From an uncultured delta proteobacterium (GTDB lineage Bacteria; Myxococcota_A; Polyangia; Polyangiales; Polyangiaceae), in assembly GCA_963696385.1 (NCBI GenBank), contig CAVOKF010000007.1, positions 1,024,001-1,088,000 of the forward strand: a stretch of 64,000 bases of DNA, written 5' to 3'. The notes beneath the pieces are model-generated. The model saw only the letters and a program-made list of their open reading frames with translations. It had not been told where the DNA came from and searched no databases. A program made the translations under genes and the position numbers. Shown here piece by piece: positions 20,570 to 29,633 of this stretch; position 1 is the stretch's first letter; each line of letters opens with the position of its first letter.

Positions 20570-21655
20570 TCAGATCTCGGTCCAATTTTTCCGAATGGCG
20601 TCGAGCGCCTCCATGACGTGCAGCGTGTCGTCGAGCGGCATCCCGGGGCTCTCGTGCAGGCCGACGCGCAAGCAGCGCATCGCCTCGATGGCTTGATGGC
20701 AGTACCCATTGCCTCGGTAGGGCCGCACGACGGTCGCCCCTCGCATCCACGACGGAACCGGGACCGCCGCACGGATGGTTCGCGCGACCCGGCGCATGCA
20801 CCGATCTCCGAGGCTCGGACGGATCGCGGCATCTGGCCGCGTTCCGACGAGCAACTGCCGGTGGGTCCGTACGACCGTAAAAGCGTTGGGGCGGTACAAG
20901 GGCTCGTGCAGCGCGGCCCAGCCGGACGTCCCCGCCACGGTGGCGCCGTTGGAGAGCCGCGTCCGAAGGCTCGCGCCAATCGACGACCGACAACCGCCCG
21001 CGTGACTCAGCAGAGCCGCGACGCGTTCGTCGACACCGGTGGCGCCCATGGTCACAACGCTCTTGACCGCAGTGATGGGCCCGAAGAGGAGCACGGCCAG
21101 CGAGACCGTGTACACGCCGAGATCGAGGAGCGCGCCTCCGCCGAGCGCGGGGTCGAAAAGGCGGTGGGCCGGATCGACGTCGAAGCAGTGGCCCAATTCA
21201 ATCGTGGCGGACTGGACCTGCCCAAGGGCTCCAGCGCGCACGCGGTCGACCAGCTCGATGACCGCGGGCATGAAGCGCATCCACATCGCCTCCATGCAAA
21301 ATACGCTCTGATGGCGAGCCAGAGCGATGACCTCGCGCGCCTCGGTCGCGTCGAGCATGAACGGCTTTTCGCAAAGCAGGGATTTGCCTGCATCGATCAT
21401 CATCAGCGCGCTCGGTCGATGGTCGGAGTTCGGAGTCGCGACGTACACGATGTCGACGTCGGGGTCGCGCGCAAGCGCCTCGTAACTCGCGTGAGCGCGG
21501 TCCACCCGAAATCGATCCGCGAATGCGACGGCCCTCGCGCGTTCCCGAGAGGCTACCGCCACCAGCCGCGCCCCCGGCGCTTGGGCCAGTCCCTCCGCGA
21601 ATTGCCTGGCAATCCAGCCCGTTCCGACGATCCCCCATCCGACCGATTGGCTCAT
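20570..21655 (-). CDS. Gfo/Idh/MocA family oxidoreductase
   Basis: WGIVGTGWIA, DIVYVATP, LCEKP, GGGALLDLGVY; ATG 21655 overlaps the galE stop. Confidence 0.92.
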   Translation of the reverse strand: MSQSVGWGIVGTGWIARQFAEGLAQAPGARLVAVASRERARAVAFADRFRVDRAHASYEALARDPDVDIVYVATPNSDHRPSALMMIDAGKSLLCEKPFMLDATEAREVIALARHQSVFCMEAMWMRFMPAVIELVDRVRAGALGQVQSATIELGHCFDVDPAHRLFDPALGGGALLDLGVYTVSLAVLLFGPITAVKSVVTMGATGVDERVAALLSHAGGCRSSIGASLRTRLSNGATVAGTSGWAALHEPLYRPNAFTVVRTHRQLLVGTRPDAAIRPSLGDRCMRRVARTIRAAVPVPSWMRGATVVRPYRGNGYCHQAIEAMRCLRVGLHESPGMPLDDTLHVMEALDAIRKNWTEI

Positions 21656-22626
21656 CGGCTTTCGGAGTGGAATCGCCACGCGTCGGTCACGATTTCTTCC
21701 AAGGTCGGCCTCTCGGCCCGCCAACCGAGCGCCCGCTCAGCCCAGCTCGCCGAAGCCACCAACCGCGGCGGATCGCCCGGGCGGCGAGGCCCGTAGGCGA
21801 CCGGAATCGTCCGCTGGGTCACGCGTCTGGCCACGGCAATCACGTCCTCTACCGAGTGCCCGCGGCCCGTACCCAAATTGAATGCGCCGCTGTCGCCCCC
21901 GGCTTTCAGGTACTCCAGCGCCGCAAGGTGCGCTTCGCAAAGATCGACGACGTGGATGTAGTCACGGATGCAGGTGCCGTCGGGCGTATCGTAATCGGTG
22001 CCGAACACCTCGACGCGATCTCTCTGCCCGAGCGCCGCTTCGAGCACAATGGGGATGAGATGCGTCTCAGGGCGATGTCGCTCGCCGAGTCCGCTCGCGA
22101 CGTCGGCGCCCGCCGCGTTGAAGTAGCGGAGGGCCGCGTAGCGAATTCCGTACGCGCGAGCGTACGACGCCAGCATCCGTTCGATGGCGAGCTTGGTATC
22201 GCCGTAGGGGTTCACCGGCTGCGTGGGGTGGCCTTCGTCGATGGGAAGGCGAATCGGATCGCCGTAAACGGCGGCGGTCGACGAAAGAATGAAGATGCCG
22301 ACACGAGCGTCGAGCGCGCTTTCCAAGAGGGAAATCGCAGCGCCCAAGTTGCCTCGATAATGCAACCGAGGATCGCGAACCGACTCACCGACCTGAATGC
22401 GCGAGGCGAAGTGCAAGATCGCCTCGACCCGCTCTGAGGCGAGCAAGCCCGCAACGCGGATTCGGTCCGCGACGTCGATCTCGGCGAAGCCGACGTCGGA
22501 CGGGACCGCCTCGCGATGGCCCGACGACAGGTCGTCCACGACAAGAACCTCGTGTCGCGCCGCCCGCAGCCGAGCGACCATGTGCGATCCGATGTAGCCC
22601 GCTCCGCCCGTCACGAGGACTCGCAT
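21652..22626 (-). CDS. galE: UDP-glucose 4-epimerase
   Basis: VTGGAGYIGSH, SSTAAVYG, PYGDTK, LRYFNAAGA, DGTCIRDYIHV. Confidence 0.96.
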   Translation of the reverse strand: MRVLVTGGAGYIGSHMVARLRAARHEVLVVDDLSSGHREAVPSDVGFAEIDVADRIRVAGLLASERVEAILHFASRIQVGESVRDPRLHYRGNLGAAISLLESALDARVGIFILSSTAAVYGDPIRLPIDEGHPTQPVNPYGDTKLAIERMLASYARAYGIRYAALRYFNAAGADVASGLGERHRPETHLIPIVLEAALGQRDRVEVFGTDYDTPDGTCIRDYIHVVDLCEAHLAALEYLKAGGDSGAFNLGTGRGHSVEDVIAVARRVTQRTIPVAYGPRRPGDPPRLVASASWAERALGWRAERPTLEEIVTDAWRFHSESR

Positions 22627-22673
22627 GGCGCGCGATCCTTATATTACCTCGCAGGACGCGCCCCGCCCCCCCG

Positions 22674-23888
22674 TCAATGGCCGCTGCCTTTCAACACGAA
22701 CGTGTCCGCCGCCGTCGGCGGCACTCCGGTAACCGGCTCCGCATCGATGTCGGCCGATGATGCGTCGTTTCCGGCAGACGTCCATTCGTACACGTACCAG
22801 GAGTCGGCGTACGTCGACAGGTTGGGCATGATGTCGTTGGCAAAATAATAGGCGGCGGCGGTCGTTCCCGCCCCCTGCCCCGCACCGGCGGCCGTAAAGC
22901 AGAGCGTCCCGCTCACCGGCTCGACCGCAATCACGAGCAGGAAGTAATCGTGGGTCGGCGTCAGGTTCGCCAGCGTGTCGGTGACGACGACGGTACCGGT
23001 GCTTCGCTCCACGATCGAGACCGTCGTCACACCCGAATCGGCGTCCGTCTGGTACGGAGCAATGTACGCGGGAGTGATCCCGTTCATGTCGAGATACGCG
23101 ACGCTCGTTTGTCCGTACGCTCCGCCGCCGGCGACGAGCGTGGTTCCGGGACCGAGCAGAGGACGGTGCGTCGCCTGATCGAAGTCGGTTCCGGCGTCTT
23201 GCTGAATCGTCGTGAACGTCACGGGGGTCGGCAGACAGCCCATCAGACCGGTCGCGATGGTATTTCCAGCGTCGTTGTCGACCGGAAACTGGTCATCGAC
23301 GACGGCGGCGTGCGGATTTTCGGAAATGTTGCCCAGCACGGCGTCGCTGCACAGGGAGGCCGCGCAAAACTGCGTCGTCGAGCAGGCCGTTGCGCACGCA
23401 CCGCAGTGGTTCGGATCTCGGGTCGTATCGACGCACGATCCCGCGCAGCAACTGAGGGCTCCGGCGCAGCCGGATCCGCCCTCGCCCGCGTCCACCTGAC
23501 ATTGCGCCGCGTCCGGCGCGGCCTCGGTGCTGCCGTCGAGCCCGGCTTCGGTGCTGCCGTCGACCGCGGCCTCGGTGCTGCCGTCGAGCGTGTTCCCCAC
23601 GTCCCCGAGTGCGTCGGCGGCGTCGGTCGTCGAGGGGGCGTCTGCCGCATCGCCCTCGGCGGCTTCGCCGACCGACGCGTCTCCGGCCTCGCCGCTTGTT
23701 GCATCGCTCAATCCATCGGTGCCGCTGGCATCGAGCGACGCATCGCGGCCGGTCGCGTCGGAGGTCGATCCGTCGTTCGGGGTCGAGGCATCGCTCTCGC
23801 CGCCACCCGAACCGCCACCGCCGCAGTGCACGACGAGCAAGGAAAGGGCAGCTGCCGCACCGATCAGGGCGGCCTGAAGACTTCGCAT
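22674..23888 (-). CDS. Secreted lipoprotein with Asp/Ala-rich linker and Cys-rich (Stig1-like) module
   Basis: Signal ending LVVHC-GGGG; DGSTEA repeats; CCAGSCVDTTRDPNHCGACATAC module typical of myxobacterial surface proteins. Confidence 0.75.
   Translation of the reverse strand: MRSLQAALIGAAAALSLLVVHCGGGGSGGGESDASTPNDGSTSDATGRDASLDASGTDGLSDATSGEAGDASVGEAAEGDAADAPSTTDAADALGDVGNTLDGSTEAAVDGSTEAGLDGSTEAAPDAAQCQVDAGEGGSGCAGALSCCAGSCVDTTRDPNHCGACATACSTTQFCAASLCSDAVLGNISENPHAAVVDDQFPVDNDAGNTIATGLMGCLPTPVTFTTIQQDAGTDFDQATHRPLLGPGTTLVAGGGAYGQTSVAYLDMNGITPAYIAPYQTDADSGVTTVSIVERSTGTVVVTDTLANLTPTHDYFLLVIAVEPVSGTLCFTAAGAGQGAGTTAAAYYFANDIMPNLSTYADSWYVYEWTSAGNDASSADIDAEPVTGVPPTAADTFVLKGSGH
23521..23588. 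repeat. Three imperfect 24-bp tandem repeats encoding DGSTEA(A/G)
   Basis: cggtgctgccgtcga recurs three times at 24-bp spacing inside the lipoprotein gene. Confidence 0.8.
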
Positions 23889-24035
23889 GGGGATTCTCCG
23901 ATCGCGGCCAACATTATCAGTTCGAGGGGTGCAACGCCGCTCCTCGTGCTTGCACGTGCCCCGATTCGGGGAGGGCGACGAGGTCGCTCGCCCGGTCCGT
24001 CACCGCGCGGGGGCCCTCTGCTATACCGCAGGCGC

Positions 24036-25061
24036 ATGAGCGCTATGGCCCCGTCCGCCCCGAGCCGCACGAGGGTCCTGTCCGGCATTCAGCCAAGCGG
24101 CGAGCTGCACATCGGCAACTGGCTCGGCGCCGTGCGCACGTGGAGCGAGCAGGTCGCCAGTCAGGGTGAGGACCTGCTGTTCTGCATCGTGGACGCCCAC
24201 GCGATCACCGTGGAATACGACCCCGTCGACCTGCGCGCGCGCATCGCCGACATGGCACGAGACCTCATCGCGTGCGGCCTCGATCCGGATCGGTGCACGC
24301 TCTTCGTTCAAAGCGACGTGCGGGAGCACACGGAGCTCGCATGGTACCTCGCGAACGTCACTCCTCTCGGCGATCTGCACCGGATGACTCAATTCAAAGA
24401 AAAGAGCGCGGGCAAGGAGCACGTGCTCGTGGGCCTCTTCACATACCCCATCCTGATGGCCGCGGACGTTCTCGTCTACAAGGCCCATGTCGTTCCGGTC
24501 GGAGAGGATCAGCTGCAGCACCTCGAGCTCGCACGCGACACGGCGCGTCGCTTCAATCACCGCTTCGGCGAGACGTTCCCCGAGCCGCAGGCGCGACTGT
24601 CGAACGCCCCCCGCATCCTGGGTCTCGATGGGCAGGGCAAGATGAGCAAGTCCAAAGGAAACACGATCGCGCTCTTCGACGACCGGGATGCCTTCTGGAA
24701 CAAACTCAGGGGGGCCTTCACCGATCCGCAGCGCCTTCGCAGGAGCGACCCCGGGCGCCCCGAGGTCTGCAATATCTATACGATGCACAAGGCACTCTCG
24801 ACACCGGACGAGGTCGATCGAACGTACAGGGAGTGCACGACCGCACAGCGCGGCTGTGTCGATTGCAAGAGAGTGCTCTTCGAGAGCTTCGACCGAGATC
24901 TCGTTCCACTACGGGCGAAACGGGCCGAGATCGGCGCACACCCCGAGCGGGCACGACAGGCCCTGGGCGACGGAGCCTCGAAGGCGCGGCGCATCGCGAC
25001 GCAGACGGTACGGCAGGTGCGCGACGCCATGGGTCTCGGAAGCGGCGTTCCTGCGCCGTGA
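24036..25061 (+). CDS. trpS: Tryptophan--tRNA ligase
   Basis: SGIQPSGELHIGN, YPILMAAD, VPVGEDQ, KMSKS. Confidence 0.96.
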   Translation: MSAMAPSAPSRTRVLSGIQPSGELHIGNWLGAVRTWSEQVASQGEDLLFCIVDAHAITVEYDPVDLRARIADMARDLIACGLDPDRCTLFVQSDVREHTELAWYLANVTPLGDLHRMTQFKEKSAGKEHVLVGLFTYPILMAADVLVYKAHVVPVGEDQLQHLELARDTARRFNHRFGETFPEPQARLSNAPRILGLDGQGKMSKSKGNTIALFDDRDAFWNKLRGAFTDPQRLRRSDPGRPEVCNIYTMHKALSTPDEVDRTYRECTTAQRGCVDCKRVLFESFDRDLVPLRAKRAEIGAHPERARQALGDGASKARRIATQTVRQVRDAMGLGSGVPAP

Positions 25062-25483
25062 AGCCCGCTGCGTGCGCCCTCGCCTTGGGGCTCTCGACGT
25101 CCACCGCGTGCAGTCATGCACCGCCGGATTCGACCCCCGAAGGCACGGTCCGGCTGTTTCTCGACGACATGGATTCTGCTGGGGACGATCCGGCTTCCGT
25201 GCGCCTCGCCTACGGACTGCTCGGGCCGGCGGCGCGCGCGAATCTCGGGGAGCGCGCTCGCCACACGAGCGAGCTTTTGGGGCGCCCGGTCGAGCCGTGG
25301 GCGATGATCGCGGCCGGGTTATTCGGCATCGCGTTTCGCCCGAAGGCCATGCGCTCGACGGTCGTCGGAGATCGCGCCACGGTGGACGTCGTCGGCGAAG
25401 ATCCGCACACCGAGCACGCAAGCGTGCTCTGCGTTCACGAGGGCACCGCGTGGCGCATCGAACCCGGTTTGCCGGAGCCTTAG
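25058..25483 (+). CDS. Hypothetical lipoprotein
   Basis: GTG start overlapping the trpS stop; signal ending STAC-S; ends WRIEPGLPEP. Confidence 0.65.
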   Translation: MKPAACALALGLSTSTACSHAPPDSTPEGTVRLFLDDMDSAGDDPASVRLAYGLLGPAARANLGERARHTSELLGRPVEPWAMIAAGLFGIAFRPKAMRSTVVGDRATVDVVGEDPHTEHASVLCVHEGTAWRIEPGLPEP

Positions 25484-25535
25484 AAACGACCGCGCAGACC
25501 CGACCGACGTGGGCGGAGCGCCACCCCCGACGTCT

Positions 25536-26996
25536 CTAGCCCTCAACAGGTGGGTGCGCGGTTTTCTCGGACGCGATGTAGTCGATCACAATCTGGCTCA
25601 GCCCGGCGGGCAGGGCGCCGAATTCGACGCCGAGTGCGGCCTTTCCGCGGCCCTCGCGGGTCCAGCGGATGCTGCCCGCTACGACGACCATTTCGCCGGT
25701 CGTGGGCACAGCAAAACGCAAGTCGAGCGTCATACCCACCGAAAACGATTGCGGTGACAAAACGAGCATCCCCTCTACGCCGATCTCCTCACTGCGGGCT
25801 TCGACGGCTTCGGCGTTCGGACGCAAGAGAAGCACGGGAGTCACGTAGGGCGCGCGTGGACGTTGACGCCGCTCCGGTCTCGACGCCGCGCCCCCCGAGG
25901 GCGGCGCGCCAGCCCCGGATCGGGGGACCTTTCGACGCACCAGCTTGATCGCCTGTTCCGCTTGCTCCGGCTCGTCGCCTGCCCGATCGCCGCTCTCGGG
26001 AACATCCTCTGGCGGCGCAGACAGAAGATGCACGGGGTCGACCGGCGAGTAACTCGCTGCGACGATCGCGCGACCGAGCTCGAGGATGGATTGGAAGCGC
26101 GCTCCGGGATCTTTTTCGAGCGCGTGTTCGATCACGGTCGCGAGACCGGCTGGGGTTTCCGGTCGCCGGTCGCGCACCCTCGGGGGCGATCTCGCGTTCG
26201 AGACCTGCACGACGACGTCCGGGTACGCACCGCCATAGGGGACTTCGCCGGTTAGGCACTCGTAGAGTGTCATGCCGGTCGCATAAACGTCGGTGCGCTC
26301 GTCGACCTCACGACCCCAAAGCTGCTCGGGAGCCATGTATTCGGGTGTCCCGAGCACCTCGTGGGCCGTCGTCAGTTTGCGATCGAACGGCCCGTGCTGA
26401 CCCGTGCCCATTGCAGCGACGCCGAGGTCGATGAGCTTGATCTTTTCCCGACCGATTTCGTTTCGCGCGACAAATACGTTGCTGGGCTTGAGATCGCGAT
26501 GGACGATCCCGCGCCCGTGAGCGTATGCGAGCGTGTCGCAGACGTGAGCGCCGACGTGAACCGTCTCCGCGACGGACAGGCGGCGGCGAGAGGCGAGAAT
26601 GCCGTCGAGCGTACGTCCTTCGAGCATTTCGAGGACCAGATAAGGGCCGTGCTCGCCGCAAACCCCGGCATCCAGGACCTCGACGAACCCCGGGTGGCGG
26701 ACGATTGCCAGGGCGTGCGCTTCGCGGAGCAGACGCGCTCGAGCCTCCTTGAGCTGCCGACACGCGTCGTGCAGAAGCTTCAGCGCGACGATTTGACGCG
26801 TGAACCGGTGATACGCCTCGAAGACGAGGCCCATTCCCCCGTGCGCCACGAGTCTCCGAAGCTCGTAACGGGTGTCGACGATCGCGCCGACGAGCGATTC
26901 GCTCACGCCTTCCAAAGCGATCATCATACTCTCAGGGTCGGCGGAGCGCCCGTCGTCCGCGGCGCTCGCCCTCGCCGCAGCGCCTCGAAGCATCAC
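25536..26996 (-). CDS. Ser/Thr protein kinase with C-terminal PilZ domain
   Basis: HGGMGLVF, VALK, HRDLKPSN, DLG, GTPEYMAPE; C-terminal ERRQRPR..Y and GSIRW...LGVEF typical of PilZ. Confidence 0.88.
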   Translation of the reverse strand: MMLRGAAARASAADDGRSADPESMMIALEGVSESLVGAIVDTRYELRRLVAHGGMGLVFEAYHRFTRQIVALKLLHDACRQLKEARARLLREAHALAIVRHPGFVEVLDAGVCGEHGPYLVLEMLEGRTLDGILASRRRLSVAETVHVGAHVCDTLAYAHGRGIVHRDLKPSNVFVARNEIGREKIKLIDLGVAAMGTGQHGPFDRKLTTAHEVLGTPEYMAPEQLWGREVDERTDVYATGMTLYECLTGEVPYGGAYPDVVVQVSNARSPPRVRDRRPETPAGLATVIEHALEKDPGARFQSILELGRAIVAASYSPVDPVHLLSAPPEDVPESGDRAGDEPEQAEQAIKLVRRKVPRSGAGAPPSGGAASRPERRQRPRAPYVTPVLLLRPNAEAVEARSEEIGVEGMLVLSPQSFSVGMTLDLRFAVPTTGEMVVVAGSIRWTREGRGKAALGVEFGALPAGLSQIVIDYIASEKTAHPPVEG

Positions 26997-29419
26997 TCGG
27001 ATGACGCGCTCGCGTCGATCGCACCGCCGTCGATAGCCCCCTCAGGCGGTGGTTCGGCCGTTTGGGACGGCTCGGTGCCTGCGAGAAATATCTCGTCGAT
27101 GACATCGGGATCGTCACTGTAGGGTAGCTCGCCCGTGCGGCTATCGATGGACACGGTGACGACCCCGTCGGGACGCGGAAAGTCGGTCCGCGGCTTTCCC
27201 TCGTGCGCCGCCTTCATGAGCGTCATCCAGGCCGGCAGCGCCGTCACCGCCCCCTGCTCGGCACCGCCGAGCACGCGACCATCATCGTAGCCGACCCATG
27301 TCACGGCTGCGACATCCGTCGAATACCCTGCAAACCAGGTGTCTTTCGGACCGTTGGACGTCCCGGTCTTACCGGCGAGCGGCCGACCGAGTGCCTTCGC
27401 TCGAACCGCCGTTCCGTGATCGATGACGCTCGTGAGCAGACTCGTCACGACGTAGGCTTCCGCTTCGTCGAGGACTCGGCGAGAGGGGACCCTCACAGGC
27501 AGGGGCAGGTCCTTGCCATCGGGCCCGACGATGCGGATGATGAGCTGCGGCTCCTCGTACACCCCCCCGGCCGCGAACGTCGTATAGGCCCCCGCCAAAT
27601 CGATGGGGCGGACCTCGTAACTGCCCAGTGCCAGCGAAAGGTCGGGCTTCATGGCCGATTCAATCCCGAGCGCCTGGGCCCAGGAAACGACGTTCGCGGG
27701 ACCGATGTCGCGGAGCACCTTCACAGCGACCACGTTGACGCTGTTCGCGAGAGCCTCGCGCAAGCGCAGTGGATCGTGCCCCTGCCAGCCCTCGAAGTTG
27801 GTGGGACGGTAGCCACCCTCGAAGACGTCCGGCGTCGGATCCATCAGCGTAGCGGCCGTAAAGCGCCGCGAATGGATGGCATACGAATACACGATGGGCT
27901 TGAACGTCGACCCCGGCTGCCGACGCGCTTGAGTCGCCCGATCGAGGGTTCCCGCCAATCCTTCGTAGCTGCCCACGATGGCCAGGATTTCGCGAGTCCG
28001 CACGTCGATCGCGACGGCCGCTCCCTCCGGTCCGAGCTCGAGCCGCAGCGGAACCTTCGCCGGTGGTTCGGGCACGGCGCTCAACAGGCTGACGCGGACA
28101 CGCGCCCCCAAGGGGGCAAATGCGCTCGGGGCGAGCTTTCCCGGGTTGTACCGCTCGAAATCGCCCAAAGTCACCATCCCGGTCACCGTCCCCAGGCGCA
28201 CGTCGATGGTCTTGGCCGCATCGTCGGTCCCGACGACGACGCCCGTCATCACCTTGTGTTGTTCGAAAATGGGCGTCCCCTCGAACACCGCCGGCGCATC
28301 GCGAGGGCGCGGGATGCGGCCCCGCTTGTCGGCGGTCGACGGGAGCGGTTTGAGTCCGCCTTGCAACCCATGCCTTCGATCGTACGCAAGGAGCGCTTCG
28401 CGGACGCCTTGCCGGGCGGCGGCCTGGATTTTGGGGTCGATCGACGTCGTGATCGTGAAGCCCCCCAGACGCCCGTCCTCCGGCTCCAGCCGATACAGGG
28501 CGGCCTTGGCGATCTCCACGGCCTCCGGCGCGATGGGGCTAGCCGTGTCCGCGATCGGGGCAAGGACGACGGGCTCGCCCTTTGCCGCCCGCCATGAATC
28601 GTCGTCGAGAAACCCCTTCGCGCGCATCTGATCGAGCACGTATGCGCGACGCGCGATCGCCGCGCCGAGGTTCGTGCGAGGGTGGTACTCGCGCGGGTTC
28701 GCGATGCGCCCCGCGATCAAGGCAGCTTGCCCGATGGTCAGGTCTTTGGCGCTCTTGCCGAAATCGTCGCGCGCCGCCTCCTCGATGCCGTAGCGCCCGC
28801 GGCCCAAATAGATTTCGTTCAAGTAGATCTCGAGAATCTCGTCCTTGGTGAGCTCCGTCTCGAGGCGGCGAGCCAACAGAGCCTCTCGTATCTTTCGCGT
28901 CAGGGTCCGCTCGCGCGCATTCAAAGCGATGTTTTTGATGACCTGCTGGGTGATCGTCGATCCACCTTGACGCGTGCCGCGGGCGCGGAGATTGACGAGC
29001 GCGGCGCGCGCGATGCCCCAATAGTTGAGTCCCTCGTGCTCATAGAACCCGGCGTCCTCCGCCGCCAGGACTGCGAGCTTTACGTGGGCCGGTAGCGTGG
29101 CGATGGGCACCGTGGTGCGCCGTTGGGTGAACAGTTCGGCAAGCACGGTCCCATCTCGCGCGAGGACGCGTGTCACCTGAGGGGCCCGGTGTGTCCTGAG
29201 GTCTGCAATGGTCGGCAGATCCGCTTCGTAGTGGCGAATTGCCAGCCAAAGACCGACTCCACTGGCGCAGACCGCACCCATCGCTCCAATACCTACCCAG
29301 GTGACCCAATCCCTCCACCGCGGTCGGTCGGTTGCCGGGCGGCGCGGCCGGCCCCCCGTATCCAAGGCCCTCGTTTTCGACGGGACGTATGGAGGCGGAT
29401 GTGCGCCACGGCTTCCCAT
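26993..29419 (-). CDS. mrcA: Penicillin-binding protein 1A (bifunctional transglycosylase/transpeptidase)
   Basis: AEDAGFYEH, QGGSTITQQ, RKIRE, YLNEIYLG, QPGSTFK (SxxK), SVN, KTGT. Confidence 0.93.
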   Translation of the reverse strand: MGSRGAHPPPYVPSKTRALDTGGRPRRPATDRPRWRDWVTWVGIGAMGAVCASGVGLWLAIRHYEADLPTIADLRTHRAPQVTRVLARDGTVLAELFTQRRTTVPIATLPAHVKLAVLAAEDAGFYEHEGLNYWGIARAALVNLRARGTRQGGSTITQQVIKNIALNARERTLTRKIREALLARRLETELTKDEILEIYLNEIYLGRGRYGIEEAARDDFGKSAKDLTIGQAALIAGRIANPREYHPRTNLGAAIARRAYVLDQMRAKGFLDDDSWRAAKGEPVVLAPIADTASPIAPEAVEIAKAALYRLEPEDGRLGGFTITTSIDPKIQAAARQGVREALLAYDRRHGLQGGLKPLPSTADKRGRIPRPRDAPAVFEGTPIFEQHKVMTGVVVGTDDAAKTIDVRLGTVTGMVTLGDFERYNPGKLAPSAFAPLGARVRVSLLSAVPEPPAKVPLRLELGPEGAAVAIDVRTREILAIVGSYEGLAGTLDRATQARRQPGSTFKPIVYSYAIHSRRFTAATLMDPTPDVFEGGYRPTNFEGWQGHDPLRLREALANSVNVVAVKVLRDIGPANVVSWAQALGIESAMKPDLSLALGSYEVRPIDLAGAYTTFAAGGVYEEPQLIIRIVGPDGKDLPLPVRVPSRRVLDEAEAYVVTSLLTSVIDHGTAVRAKALGRPLAGKTGTSNGPKDTWFAGYSTDVAAVTWVGYDDGRVLGGAEQGAVTALPAWMTLMKAAHEGKPRTDFPRPDGVVTVSIDSRTGELPYSDDPDVIDEIFLAGTEPSQTAEPPPEGAIDGGAIDASASSE

Positions 29420-29483
29420 TCACGTCCCGATGTAACCGACGGATGCCGGATCATGCCAGCCTCCGCGTGGTAAACGTATCTGG

Positions 29484-29630
29484 ATGTTCGCGCTGAGCCA
29501 TGGGGAGCTCGCGATAGTCCTGTTCATTTTCGGGCTCGTCTGGGTTGCCGGAGTGCTTCCGGAAGCGGCGGCGCGCTGGAGCGAACGGGCGGCGTCGAAG
29601 CGGGCCCGTCGAGTCTCCCCGAGAGGATGA
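29484..29630 (+). CDS. Small TatA/E-like membrane protein (48 aa, not in ORF track)
   Basis: Translated by hand: MFALSHGELAIVLFIFGLVWVAGVLPEAAARWSERAASKRARRVSPRG; stop lies 3 bp before the next gene. Confidence 0.55.
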   Translation: MFALSHGELAIVLFIFGLVWVAGVLPEAAARWSERAASKRARRVSPRG

Positions 29631-29633
29631 CCC

